A stretch of DNA of 64,000 nucleotides from an uncultured Verrucomicrobiae bacterium (GTDB lineage: Bacteria > Verrucomicrobiota > Verrucomicrobiia > Palsa-1439). Below, piece after piece: positions 1-10,718 of the stretch. Within the stretch, counting starts at the first letter, position 1, and each line of letters begins with the position of its first letter. Below the pieces are notes generated by a model, which was given only the letters and a program-made list of their open reading frames with translations, ran no database searches and had not been told where the DNA came from. Both the position numbers and the translations under genes were made by a program. The DNA is taken from assembly GCA_963836315.1 (NCBI GenBank), contig CAWIJG010000002.1, forward strand, positions 1,042,461 through 1,106,460, read 5' to 3'.

Positions 1-504
1 GCCGCCCACGATCGGCCCCAGCGCCATCGGCACACGCCGCACCAGCGAATGCAACGTGACTCCCATCGTCCGTTGGTTTTTCGGCAGGACGCGGGCCACC
101 AGACCCATGGTCGCCGGCAACGAGATAGCAGTCCATGACAGGAACAACACCGCGCCCCCCAACACCGCCCGCCACGTGGGAATCAACACGACGATCAGGA
201 ACCCAATCATGGAGGCAACATTGAACACAAGCAGCGCTCGTTTCGTGCCCAACCGGTCGGAGAGGTAGCCGCCGGGAAACGAGTAGAGCGCGCCGAGCAG
301 GTTGTCCATGGCGTTGAGGAACCCGACCGAGATGAAGCTGCCGCCGAGCGCGAGCAGGTACAGGGGCAGGAACTGCTCCGCCAGGTGCTCGCCCATCCCC
401 ACGAGCACGACCATGCTCAGCAGACCCACGATGCTGCGTCGCAAACCGAGAAACTCAATCAGCCGCGCGCCGCGGGAATGCGCTTGATCCTGGGTCGATG
501 CCAC
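1..504 (-). CDS. MFS transporter (5' part, runs off window)
   Basis: Own translation of minus strand from GTG 504: ...IVGLLSMVVLVGMGEHLAEQFLPLYLLALGG...LYSFPGGYLSDRLGTKRAL (MFS motif A). Confidence 0.8.
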   Translation of the reverse strand, partial: MASTQDQAHSRGARLIEFLGLRRSIVGLLSMVVLVGMGEHLAEQFLPLYLLALGGSFISVGFLNAMDNLLGALYSFPGGYLSDRLGTKRALLVFNVASMIGFLIVVLIPTWRAVLGGAVLFLSWTAISLPATMGLVARVLPKNQRTMGVTLHSLVRRVPMALGPIVGG

Positions 505-613
505 AGTCTCTGTGTAAGACTCCCGCGCCACAACCGCAAGTCATTCATGGGGAGCGACCCGGGCAACAAGGCTTGGCATTGGCCGGGCAATTCGGTTATG
601 AAAGTGGCACGCT

Positions 614-2947
614 TTGCGTCCTTCCCCGACAGAAGAGGCCGGCTACTCGATCCGTTCCCGGTGGATCGGAGCGGTGTTTTTGCTGGGGCTAACGCTGGGC
701 ATGTTCGGCGACGTGCTGTCTACGAGCAAGCCGATCGTACTTTCCAACGAGGGCGCCGATCTTGCCTCACAATTCATCTACTGGCGCGCGTTTGCTGCCG
801 ATCAACTTCGTCACGGTCATCTACCGTTATGGAATCCACATGTATTTTGCGGGGCGCCGTTCCTGGGCTGGGCCCAGACAGGCGTGCTTTACCCGTCGAA
901 CTGGCTCGACCTGGTGCTCCCGCTGTGGTTCTCGATTAATTTCGGCATCGCGTTCCATGTATTTCTCGCCGGCCTGTTCACCTATGCCTGGGGATTACGA
1001 CGCGGATTGCATCCCGTGGCGGCGGTTACTTCCGCAGCGTTGTTTATGTTCTCGGGCGCGTATTTTTTTCATGTGTACGCTGGTCATCTATCGTTTCTGT
1101 TTGCGATGGCGTGGGCGCCCCTCGTATTGGTTTGTGTGGACGAATGGACTCGGACGCGCACCCGTGGTTGGGTTTTGCTGGGCATGGCGGGCGTAGCGAT
1201 GCAGGTACTGGCCGGGGACATGCAGGTGTGTTTCTACACGGCGGTGGCGGCCGTGCTGCTGGCTATCTTTGGCCTGATCACGGCTGCGCAACGATGGAAG
1301 ATCCTCGCAGGACTTTTCGCACTGTATGCCGGGGCCGCAGCTTTGGGAGCCGTCCAACTTCTGACCACCCTTCAAGCGGCGTCCGAAAGCGTGCGAAGCA
1401 ACGGGGTGGGTTATGAATTCGCGTCAATGCTCTCCTTCGCGCCGGAGAACCTCCTCACGCTGTTGGCGCCGGGGTTTTTTGGCGACATGGCCACGGTGCC
1501 TTATTGGGGACGCTGGTATCTGTGGGAGATGTGCCTGTTTATCGGCGCGGGTGGACTCGCGCTGGCCGTATATGGAGCCATCTGTGGAAGCCGGGAGTCC
1601 CGACGCTCTTTGGTTCCGCTTGCGGTGATCCTGTTGGTATTGGCGTTGGGCTCGGAGACTCCGCTATTCAAAGTTCTCTACAGCCACGTGCCCGGATTCA
1701 ACCGGTTCCGGGCCAACGCCAAGTTCATCGCCCAAGCTTCCTTGTGCCTGACGATGCTGGCCGGAAGCGGGTTGGATCGTTTGCTTCACCAACCGCGAGG
1801 CAACCGGCGGTTGGCGCTGGGCTTATTGATCGCCAGTTTCGTTGTCGGAAGCGCGGCGATGGCGTTGCGGTCCGCGGCCCTTGTGCCCGAATCCAAGAAC
1901 TGGTGGGCGCGCGCGATGCAGGCCGTCAATGACACGGAAGAATCCTACTTGCCGACTGCCGCCTATACGAATCCCGAGTCGGTGATGAAGGCCGGGGTGT
2001 TTGCTTCGAACGGACTATTCGTGGCTGCCGCGGAGTTTATGATCATGAGTGGACAGGTGTTTCTGGCCGCGAAGTCCCGCAAGGTAGTCTACACGGTCGC
2101 GCTGCTCTCAATCGCGGAGGTCTTTGTATTTGCCAGGTCATCACGGGCGACGTTTGATCCATCTTCCACGTATGCGCCCAAACTGAGAACATTCCTCGAC
2201 CAGCGTCCGGGCGACTATCGAATCTACTATCAACGGGCACCCAACATCGCGATGTGGCTGGACAAGGAAGACGTTTGGGGGTATGCGCCGCTTGCTCTCA
2301 AACGCTATGCGGAATTCATGGCTTACACCCAAGGGCAATCCCCGGAAGGAGCGACTCAATATATCGACGTTTCGCGGTTCCATCGGCTCGATGCGATGTT
2401 GCGATGGCGCTACGCCTTTATCGCGAACGATGGTGGAGATCGACTTCTCACGGCGAAATCCGTCATGTCCCACCTGCAATTGGTGTACGAATATCGCGTG
2501 TTGTCGGGCCGTGATGAGATTCTTCGGGCGATGGATTCCGCGTCCTTTGACCCGCAACGACAAGTCATACTCGAAACCGAGCCCAGCCCCGCGCCGACCC
2601 CGTTCGCTGACATCGGAACGGCAACCATTGTCGATTCATCCGCCGGCGAACTGACGGTGGAGGCCGAACTGCCCCATCCCGCCATTCTGTTGATCACGGA
2701 CGCGTACAGCAACGGGTGGCGGGCCCGTCCGCTGGAAGGCAGCGGGCAACGCGCGTATGCGGTTATGCCGGCGAATTACGTCTTGCGGGCCATTCCGCTT
2801 GCACAGGGTCACCACCGCATCCAGATCGAATACAGGCCCGCCGGCTTTCGAGCAGGAGCGTGCATATCTCTGGCGGCCCTCCTCGGCTTTGCCTTCGCCG
2901 TGGGATACGACGCGTGGAAGAACTGGTTTCAACGCCGCGCCGCCTGA
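614..2947 (+). CDS. YfhO-family multi-TM membrane protein (GT-C-type glycosyltransferase)
   Basis: PLWNPHVFCGAPFL...LYP N-terminal motif, many TM helices, C-terminal DAYSNGWRA...PANYVLRAIPLAQGHHRI typical of YfhO. Confidence 0.8.
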   Translation: MRPSPTEEAGYSIRSRWIGAVFLLGLTLGMFGDVLSTSKPIVLSNEGADLASQFIYWRAFAADQLRHGHLPLWNPHVFCGAPFLGWAQTGVLYPSNWLDLVLPLWFSINFGIAFHVFLAGLFTYAWGLRRGLHPVAAVTSAALFMFSGAYFFHVYAGHLSFLFAMAWAPLVLVCVDEWTRTRTRGWVLLGMAGVAMQVLAGDMQVCFYTAVAAVLLAIFGLITAAQRWKILAGLFALYAGAAALGAVQLLTTLQAASESVRSNGVGYEFASMLSFAPENLLTLLAPGFFGDMATVPYWGRWYLWEMCLFIGAGGLALAVYGAICGSRESRRSLVPLAVILLVLALGSETPLFKVLYSHVPGFNRFRANAKFIAQASLCLTMLAGSGLDRLLHQPRGNRRLALGLLIASFVVGSAAMALRSAALVPESKNWWARAMQAVNDTEESYLPTAAYTNPESVMKAGVFASNGLFVAAAEFMIMSGQVFLAAKSRKVVYTVALLSIAEVFVFARSSRATFDPSSTYAPKLRTFLDQRPGDYRIYYQRAPNIAMWLDKEDVWGYAPLALKRYAEFMAYTQGQSPEGATQYIDVSRFHRLDAMLRWRYAFIANDGGDRLLTAKSVMSHLQLVYEYRVLSGRDEILRAMDSASFDPQRQVILETEPSPAPTPFADIGTATIVDSSAGELTVEAELPHPAILLITDAYSNGWRARPLEGSGQRAYAVMPANYVLRAIPLAQGHHRIQIEYRPAGFRAGACISLAALLGFAFAVGYDAWKNWFQRRAA

Positions 2948-2960
2948 AACGAAAATTCGA

Positions 2961-2988
2961 TTGCAAGTGCCCTCACAGGGCTTACAAT
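2961..2988 (+). promoter_or_regulatory. sigma70-like promoter for leuB
   Basis: TTGCAA-N16-TACAAT ending 46 nt before the leuB ATG. Confidence 0.5.
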
Positions 2989-3034
2989 CCCGACTCCCGT
3001 CCACAAGGCCGGGTTTTTTGCGAAAGGTTATCCG

Positions 3035-4163
3035 ATGAAATCCTACAATGTGGCAGTCATTGGCGGCGACGGCACCGGTCCCGAAGTCGTCCGCGAAGCG
3101 ATCAAGGTGCTCGACGCGGCGTCGAAGAAGTTCGAGTTCAAGCTCAACTACACGGACTATGATTTTGGCGGTGACCGCTATCTGCGGACGAAGGAAGTGC
3201 TGCCGGAGAGCGCGGCGGACGAGTTGCGCAAGTTCCCCGTCATACTCCTGGGGGCGATCGGCCATCCGGACGTGAAGCCGGGCATTCTCGAAAAAGGCAT
3301 TTTGTTGCGGCTGCGCTTCGAGATGGAACAGTACATCAACCTTCGCCCCGTGAAACTGTACGACGAGCGGTTCTGCCCGTTGAAGGACAAAGGCCCGAAC
3401 GAAATCGATTTTGTCGTGATCCGCGAAAATAACGAGGGTCTCTACATCGGCAGCGGCGGGTTCGTGTTCAAGAACACGCCACACGAGATTGCCGTGCAGG
3501 AAAGCGTCAACACGCGGCGCGGAGTGGAACGCTGTTTGCGATATGCCTTCGAACTCGCCCGAAAACGGCGCGGGCGGCAAGCCGTGGAAAGGCCTCAAAC
3601 CCGAGGACGTGAAAGCCGGCAAGAAAGCCCAGCTCACCCTTTGCGGCAAGACCAACGTGCTGACGTACGCGTTCGATCTTTGGGAGCGCGCGTTCCATGA
3701 AATCGGACAGAAGGATTATCCCGATGTTAAGCGAGATTACGCGCATGTGGATGCGACGACGATGTGGTTCGTGAAGAACCCGGAATGGTTTGACGTGATC
3801 GTGACCGACAATTTGTTTGGCGACATCATCACCGATCTCGGCGCGATGATCCAGGGCGGCATGGGCATCGCCGCCGGCGGCAACATCAATCCACAGGGCA
3901 CGAGCATGTTTGAGCCGATTGGCGGGAGCGCGCCGAAGTACACCGGCAAGAATGTCATCAACCCGCTCGCCGCGATTTGCGCCGGCAGCATGATGCTCGA
4001 CTTCCTCGGCGACCGCGAATCCGCACCGGCGTTGAAGAAAGCGGCCGCGGCCATCGAAAATGCAGTCATTAAGACTGTTCGCGAGAAACTCAAGAGCCTC
4101 GCTGCCGGCAAGATGGGCTACGGCACGAAAGAAGTTGGCGACCTGGTGGCAGCAGCCGTATAG
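3035..4163 (+). CDS. leuB: 3-isopropylmalate dehydrogenase (one frameshift near 3565, probably a sequencing indel)
   Basis: GDGTGPEV, NLRPVKLY and IRENNEGLY in ORF 3035..3700; NLFGDIITD and FEPIGGSAPKYTGKNVINP in ORF 3489..4163. Confidence 0.88.
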
Positions 4164-4367
4164 CGCAAAGACTGCGACGGCCCGCTCTCGCGCCCGGACG
4201 CTCGGCTTCCTCTCTCATGCGTCCGGGTGGGGGTGTCCCAGATTCAAAGTCGAGCTGCGCGTCCCACATAGGAAAGCCTCTCGCAATTAACCTCCTTTCT
4301 TTCGAATTCAAGCAGCTGATAGCACGCGACTTAGAAGCTTAGTCGATGAGCATCTCACAAATCACTC

Positions 4368-4397
4368 TTGACGCATTTATAGTCTATAGACTATAAG
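4368..4397 (+). promoter_or_regulatory. promoter overlapped by a perfect 20-bp palindromic operator
   Basis: TTGACG 4368-4373, TATAAG 4392-4397, palindrome TTATAGTCTATAGACTATAA 4377-4396. Confidence 0.65.
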
Positions 4398-4420
4398 TCC
4401 CGTACATACGAGAGTGAAAC

Positions 4421-4831
4421 ATGCAAATTGAAATCGATTTCGATGTCTTCAAAGTGCTCACCAACAAGCGGGAGAACGAGGATACGACGTACAATGACGT
4501 GTTGCGCAGAATGCTGGAGCTGCCACAGGCCAGAGCCGCTTCGCCGTCGGAAGGCCACATCATCGGCAGGAGCTTTATTGCGGATGGCGTGGAGTTCCCG
4601 CACGGGACGGAGTTTCGTATGCGGCACAAAGGGCGATGGTTTACGGCAACGGTCTCCGACGGCAGTCTCGTTCAGGACGGCAAAGGATTTGGATCGGTCA
4701 GTAAGCCTGCGTGCGAAATCACAGGCACGAGCGTGAACGGTTGGAAGTGCTGGGAATGTAGATTCCCCGGACATACCGACTGGCTGAGTATTGACACCCT
4801 GAGACATCGGGCGCGGAGCAATGGTTGTTAG
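4421..4831 (+). CDS. small DNA-binding protein: ribbon-helix-helix-like N-terminus plus RAMA/DUF2924-like domain
   Basis: IEIDFDVFKVL...TYNDVLRRML N-terminus; GKGFGSVSKPACEITGTSVNGWKCW matches the RAMA-type S.S..A..I.G...NGW..W pattern. Confidence 0.6.
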   Translation: MQIEIDFDVFKVLTNKRENEDTTYNDVLRRMLELPQARAASPSEGHIIGRSFIADGVEFPHGTEFRMRHKGRWFTATVSDGSLVQDGKGFGSVSKPACEITGTSVNGWKCWECRFPGHTDWLSIDTLRHRARSNGC

Positions 4832-4876
4832 GGCTCAGTGATTGAGTTGAGTCGCACCGCCCTACCGCGGTGATGA

Positions 4877-5768
4877 TCACGGCGCGGCTCGCGCGGCTTC
4901 CCAGCCGATCATGGCCTGCTTGCGGAGGCGGCCGCCTCCGTAGTTTCCGAACGCGCCGAGACCCTGGATCACGCGGTGGCAGGGAATGAGGTAGGCGATG
5001 GGGTTGCGGCCAACAGCCGAGCCGACGGCGCGGTGGGCTTTGGGGACGCCGATCATCGCGGCGACGTTGCCGTAACTGACCAATTTCCCGGAGGGAATGG
5101 TCAATAGTGCCTCCCAGACTTTTAACTGGAAATTGGTCCCGCGAAGATGCAGATGGAACGGAGCGCGCTTGCTCCCTGACGTGGCGTCGAAGATATGACG
5201 GCAGATCGGCGCGGTTTCGCGTTCGTCCTCCTGCAACTCGGCGCCGCTCCATTCGTCACGCAATTCCCGAAGCGCGGCATGTTTTGACTTCATCAGAAAT
5301 TCGAGGAAGCAAGTGCCGCGTTCGGTCATTGCCAGAAGACATTCGCCAAACGGCGTGGCATGAAATCCATAGCGGATCGTCAGGCCTTGGCCGTGAAGCT
5401 TGTACTCGCCGGGCGTGACCGCCTCGCAGGACACGAACAAATCGTGCAATCGACTGACACCGGAAAGTCCCGATTCGCCGGCAACGTCGAGGAGGCTTTT
5501 CGAATCCCGCAGGAGTGTTTTGGCGTGCTCTTTTGTAAGGTACTGAAGAAACCGTTTCGGGCTGGTGCCGGCCCATCGTTGGAACAAGCCGCTCGAAATG
5601 AAACGGGCTCAGGTGGACATGCGCGGCGATTTCCTCCAAGGACGGGCGACGAAGTTGGTGGGCGTTGAGGAAGCGCAATGCGCGCTCGATTCGGGCGTAG
5701 TCCATCGCCGCCTGCGAAAGCGGCTCCGCTTCGCGTTGTTCTGTGGTTGGCGACAATACGGCTTTCAT
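4877..5768 (-). CDS. ada: bifunctional AraC-HTH / O6-methylguanine-DNA methyltransferase (Ada-like; frameshift near 5590)
   Basis: PSLEEIAAHVHLSPFHFER and FQRWAGTSPKRFLQ HTH; GTNFQLKVWEAL, RAVGSAVGRNP and IPCHRV active site. Confidence 0.85.
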
Positions 5769-5832
5769 GACTGCAGGCACAATAACGCAGGTGGGCAGAT
5801 GCCCGCGACCCGATTCTTGCGGGGTTTGAGAC

Positions 5833-5864
5833 AGTAGCCGAGTAACCGAGTAGCCAAGTAGCCG
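5833..5864. repeat. 4 x 8-bp tandem repeat (AGTAGCCG consensus)
   Basis: AGTAGCCG AGTAACCG AGTAGCCA AGTAGCCG. Confidence 0.7.
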
Positions 5865-6128
5865 AAGGGGAAGCGAAGGAGCGATCACCACGAAGGACAC
5901 GAAGGGGGAGGAAGACAAAAAGGCAGATTGGAAAAGAGTGGCCGCGCAGGCGCTTGGAAAGCGGCGGGCGGTGAGGGCTTAGAGAGTGTCAAGAGTCAAG
6001 CGTTGACCCCTTAGCTTATCCATCTGCTTTTAGCGGCCTCCGCCCAGGGCCAATTCAGAACGTACCAGTACCGGGGCCGCATACTCATCTGTAAATTGTG
6101 AGGCGTCGGCCCCTTAGACCCCTTAGAT

Positions 6129-8240
6129 TCAGTTGCTTTCGCCTTTCCACCATTTCAGATGTTGCATACGTTCACGCCCCATGAGGAAGGGAAACGCTAT
6201 GGCCGCGATGGCAAACGGCACCCCAAACCAGACCCAGGCATTTGTTAGTTTGTCAAATGCGGTCTCTCCGTTGCCGTACTCAATTGCCTTTTTCCAAACG
6301 ACGCACCAACCTGCCCCTATGAAAACCGCCAGCAGCAGAGACCTCGCAATGATGGAATGGGTAAGTCTCGCCCCTGTGCACCTGCTTCCTCAGAAGATCC
6401 AAATCTGCCTGAAGAGCGCTGATCCTCGTTTCTGCGGCTTCCCGGGCTGTTTGCTCAATGGCAATCACTTTAGCGAGTTCAGAGTTTCGTTCGGAGAGGC
6501 TCAACCGACTTCCTATTCAATGAACCCAAATCCACTTCGGTCTGCTTTCGTGATTCAGTTTCCTTGCTCAACGCTTGCGTTAGCTCGGTGTTCTTCGTTT
6601 CTAGATCCGCCAGCGCCCTTTTGAATTTCGTGCCCGGGTTGGCAAAGAATCTCTGGATTGTCTTTGCAATCTTCTCACGGTCCTCCGCCCTTCCGGGGTC
6701 GAGGTTCGGACCTACCTTTCGAATTTCACGGACACACGCCTCAACGTCTTCGACCGGCAATTGAGCTGTTTCGATTTCCATCTCGGCAAAGACTCGAAAA
6801 TCGCGAGCGTCGAGAAACTGCTCTGCCCGGTAGTAACTGGTACTTGAGAGCAGTTGAGTAAATAGCTGCGACTTGCTCTACTGTTGCATCGCTGGAACAA
6901 TGTGGGCTTGCCCACTGCAGGAGGGCGTCGAGGCTGATCACTCGCGGTTGTACGTGAAGTGACTCTCGCTCGGCAGCTATGAGGGTCATGTCGAGGGTTG
7001 TGATTCTGCAGTTAGTGTCAACGCCGCGCCGTCGTTCGTCCATCCACCTCAAAAGCAAGGCGTCGTGTCGCGAGGCTTCGGTGGTTTTCGTTCGGCTTCG
7101 CATGGATTGGAACTTCGTCGCTAGTTTCTGCGCAAGCTCTTCAGTTGCCTGCGAATTGCGCTCGGTATCAAACCAAGAGTCGTCCTCAATTTCCACGTTG
7201 AAGGCTTCACGAAGTGTGTCTATCGGTGCTTGAAAGCGGCTCAAGAATTCGTCCAAGTGAAGATCAGGGTCTCGCTTTACGACCTCCAAATATGACTCCA
7301 AGAGAAAGCAATGAACCTTTGACCTAGTTGCAACGGGAATGCGATCATAAACCTGCCTCAGAACACCCGCATGTGCGGCCACGACTCGGCGTAGCTCGTC
7401 AACCGTTATTTGTGCGACTGTCATTTTCATTCCTAAATCCTGACAGATATTTACGACCTCCTGAAATCCGCCGTGATATCGGTCTTCGGGAATGAGGCCA
7501 GCGATCAACACATTGGTATCTAGGAAAACAACGGCGCCCGCCAGCAACTCCGACGACAAAACCCGCGCTTTCGGGTCTATACCGAGAGCAATTGCCACGT
7601 AAAAGTTCTGAGCCATGTTCCACTTGATTGCGTCGAATTGGGGTGTGCTCTCTCGGAAGAATCGTGTCACACCGGCCTCGAATGCCTGTTTGTCGGCAGA
7701 AACCGGGCGCGACTTAAGCACGGCTTCGAACGCGCGATGAATAAGATGGTGGGTGTCGGCGTGCTGCACATCCTTGCCGACCAAGACCGCAACGTTCCCG
7801 GAACTCACGCGCGAGAACACGTGGCAAAGAACTTCGACAAATGCATCTGCGTACTGGCCAAGAGAACCTCTGGCGGCTGCGAAAAGGTCCTTAACCACAA
7901 GATCCCAGTTCTTTTGCGCCTGACCAACGGTTTGCCTGATCTCGTCATCCACCTTGGCAGACAGGATGAACTTCCCTGAGCCCGTTGGCGGCTTCTCCTC
8001 CGCATGCCCTCGACCGATGAGCCTGAAAAGGCCTGCATGTGCATCTGCCGCCGTGAGAATGCGGTTGCCTCCAGGCAATCGGATGGTTTCACGAAGTTCT
8101 TCCTCGCTGAGACCTGTTTGGTCGGCGTAAGCAAGGTTCTGTTCTAGTACACGGTCGATGGCTTCTTCGCGGACACTTGCGCCCGTTTCAGGTGAAAAGC
8201 GCATCCGTGCGCCAAGCAAAACCATTCTATTGGCGTCCAC
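6129..8240 (-). CDS. ~700-aa PIN-like domain + coiled-coil + 2 C-terminal TM protein (three frameshifts near 6810, 6500 and 6370)
   Basis: VFLDTNVLI...TVDEL...HDALLL...TLD PIN-like acidic motifs in 6741..8240; continues through ORFs 6479..6781 and 6280..6504, then own translation SIIARSLLLAVFIGAGWCVVW...AWVWFGVPFAIAAIAFPFLMG to TGA at 6129. Confidence 0.6.
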
Positions 8241-8728
8241 CCGTTACCTACCTTCTTTGGTTCTCGAAACAGTATGTCTCCTGCAACTTGAGAAGGTGTG
8301 TGAGCAGTTCGCGGCGAGCCTCAGACATTCAGCAGGCCTAGGCGAGCGCCGCTGGCCCACCAGCCGAGGGCGAGCGTCCTCTTGATAGAGCAGACGCTGG
8401 GAGCTTTGGATATCCTGGTGAACTGTTCGTGACATCAACTCACCTAACTCGCTGAGACTAAGAGTACTAAGGACAAGGCCTTGAACTGTCAATCGAAAGG
8501 TGGGGATTTGTTTGTAAGGGAAAACCTTACAAGGCGGTAAGGGGAAAACGTACGTGGGGCAGAAGACGGCTCCGAAAAGAATTCGGAGGAGGCGATGCGC
8601 CTCAAGACAGAGGCGGAGCGGATGGGACAAATGGGGCCGATAGGACGAATGCGCTGGGGACAGCTCCGTACACGACACGCGAGCAGGGCGCACGCTACAC
8701 CGACCAAGGACGGAGGGCGGAAGGGGAA

Positions 8729-8835
8729 TCAACGTCCAACAGTCAACATCCAACGCTCAACCTTCAAGTGCAGGGCGGCGGAAGCGAGGGGCGGTAGCGA
8801 ACACGGCGAGACCCTTCGACAAGCTCAGGGTGACA
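8729..8835. repeat. heptamer-like CAAC tandem repeats and a REP-like hairpin
   Basis: TCAACGTCCAACAGTCAACATCCAACGCTCAACCTTCAA; ACCCTTCGACAAGCTCAGGGT 8811-8831. Confidence 0.55.
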
Positions 8836-8962
8836 AATTTGGGGGGAAACGACGGCGACGGCGGATATCGGGAATCGATAATTTTGCTGGACGGGGTGGG
8901 GTGGCGGTGGTATAGGGGCGATGGTTGTTTGAAATAGTCGAGCCGGCAAACGGCAACGGAGC

Positions 8963-9093
8963 GGAGCGGACGTCTCGGAGAGACGTTTGCGGAGAACCGC
9001 GTCTCGTCCGACTCGGCCCTACCAACGGCTAGGGCGACGGCAAAGCGGTTTGAAAGACGGCGCCCGGGGCGGCCGAGACGGCCGCTACTACAC
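8963..9093 (-). repeat. GTAG-type REP module, copy 1
   Basis: 65-bp unit 8963-9027 plus hairpin unit 9069-9093; near-identical to 9331-9395 and 9402-9426. Confidence 0.75.
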
Positions 9094-9120
9094 CTTTGGC
9101 GGGGGAGCCTTCTATAATAA

Positions 9121-9219
9121 AAGAGTGTTTCTGCCAAACGAACCCAACGGAAAAATGTGGAAGTGTTTAGGAATGAATGGGTTGGGAGAAAAACCGAGTT
9201 GGGTTCGTTTTGCAAAAAG
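9121..9219. repeat. ~100-bp MITE-like element with AAACGAACCCAAC inverted repeats, copy 1
   Basis: 13-bp perfect IR 9136-9148/9198-9210; second copy at 27527-27625. Confidence 0.75.
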
Positions 9220-9330
9220 TGGCAAAAAACAGGAAATAAATGGTGGAAAGAGGGCAGAAAAGGGTGATTTTTGGGCCGGAAACGGGGTCAAAGCGAAGCC
9301 AAGGGGGACGGGAGACAAGCCAATGGCAAC

Positions 9331-9426
9331 GGAGCGGACGCCTCGGAGAGGCGTTTGCGGAGAACCGCGTCTCGTCCGACTCGGCTCTACCAACGACAAG
9401 GGCGGCTGGGACAGCCGCTACTACAC
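9331..9426 (-). repeat. GTAG-type REP module, copy 2
   Basis: 62/65 identical to 8963-9027, followed by the same second hairpin type. Confidence 0.75.
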
Positions 9427-9486
9427 TTGAACTTGCGAAGGGGGGGTTCGGGGGTATACTTTCCGCCCCGTTAGAAGGGGTTTTAT

Positions 9487-10497
9487 ATGGCTAAAGCATT
9501 CAATGTGGCAGTGGTGGGCGCGACCGGAGCGGTCGGCGTGGAGATGATCGAGACGCTGGCGAAACGGGAGTTTCCCGTGAAAAGCCTGCGGTTGTTCGCG
9601 TCGGAGCGCAGTGTCGGCAAGAAGCTGAAGTTCAAAGGCACCGATATCCGCGTGGAACTGCTGAAGGACGGCGTGTTTGGGGGCATCGATTTTGCGCTGT
9701 TCAGCGCGGGGGCGTCGCGGTCGAAGGAGTTTGCGCATGGGGCGGCGAAACAGGGGGCGGTGGTGATCGATAATTCGTCGGCGTTCCGGATGGATCCCGA
9801 GGTGCCGCTGGTGGTGCCAGAGGTGAATCCCGAGGACGCGAAGAAGCACAAGGGGATCATCGCCAATCCGAATTGTTCGACCGCGATCATGCTGGTGGCG
9901 GTGTATCCGTTGCACAAGGCGAACCCGGTGCGGCGGATCGTGGTGTCCACTTACCAGGCCGCGAGCGGGGCGGGCGCGAAGGCGATGGCCGAGCTGGAGG
10001 AACAGACCGCGAAGTTGTTGCGCGGGGAGAAGGAGATCAGCGCCGAGGTGTTGCCGCAACGGATTGCGTTCAATTTGTTTCCGCACGTGGATGTGTTCCT
10101 GGAGAACGGGTACACGAAAGAGGAGATGAAGTTCGTCAACGAATCGCGGAAGATCATGCATCATCCGGGGTTGAAGATCAGCGCGACCTGTGTGCGGGTG
10201 CCGGTGTATCGCGCGCATAGCGAGGCGGTGAACATCGAGTTTGAGCGGCCGATGACGCCGGCGGAGGCGCGGGCGATTTTGTCCAAGGCGGCCGGCGTGA
10301 AGGTCGTGGATGATCCGGCCAACAAGAAATATCCGATGCCGATCGACGCGTCGGGAATGTACGACTGTCTCGTGGGGCGGATTCGGCAGGATGTGTCGCG
10401 GGATGATGGACGCGGGATCGAGCTGTTTGTGAGCGGCGATCAGTTATTGAAGGGCGCGGCGTTGAACGCGGTGCAGATCGCCGAGCTGCTGGTGTAG
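9487..10497 (+). CDS. asd: aspartate-semialdehyde dehydrogenase
   Basis: VVGATGAVG, IDNSSAFRM, ANPNCST, YQAASGAG, TCVRVPV, DQLLKGAALNAVQIAE. Confidence 0.97.
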   Translation: MAKAFNVAVVGATGAVGVEMIETLAKREFPVKSLRLFASERSVGKKLKFKGTDIRVELLKDGVFGGIDFALFSAGASRSKEFAHGAAKQGAVVIDNSSAFRMDPEVPLVVPEVNPEDAKKHKGIIANPNCSTAIMLVAVYPLHKANPVRRIVVSTYQAASGAGAKAMAELEEQTAKLLRGEKEISAEVLPQRIAFNLFPHVDVFLENGYTKEEMKFVNESRKIMHHPGLKISATCVRVPVYRAHSEAVNIEFERPMTPAEARAILSKAAGVKVVDDPANKKYPMPIDASGMYDCLVGRIRQDVSRDDGRGIELFVSGDQLLKGAALNAVQIAELLV

Positions 10498-10519
10498 CGG
10501 CGCGGCGCGCCTCGACGGT

Positions 10520-10699
10520 TCAATACCCGGGGCTGCCGGGGGGTCGGAAGCCGCCCATGCCGCCGGCACCTTCCCATTGCTGGGGACGGTTCCAGGGGAT
10601 GGAGCTGACGTCGTCTTCCCTGGGGGTGGCGCATCCGCTCGCCAAGAGGACGACAGTCGCCGCCAGCGCCGTGAGGAGAAGGGCCCGGGTAGCGTTCAT
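10520..10699 (-). CDS. 59-aa small lipoprotein (missed by ORF track)
   Basis: Own translation MNATRALLLTALAATVVLLASGCATPREDDVSSIPWNRPQQWEGAGGMGGFRPPGSPGY; lipobox LASGC; starts 19 nt after the upstream gene on the same strand. Confidence 0.75.
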   Translation of the reverse strand: MNATRALLLTALAATVVLLASGCATPREDDVSSIPWNRPQQWEGAGGMGGFRPPGSPGY

Positions 10700-10718
10700 T
10701 GAAATCGGCCCATCGTGG

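Noticed and set aside
574-620. sigma54 promoter upstream of the YfhO-like gene
   Set aside because: One TGGCA site has a poor -12 element and the other has wrong GG-GC spacing
8600-9430. CRISPR array or coding ORFs in the repeat-rich spacer
   Set aside because: No regularly spaced identical repeats with unique spacers and no cas genes; the ORFs are translations of REP/MITE-like repeats
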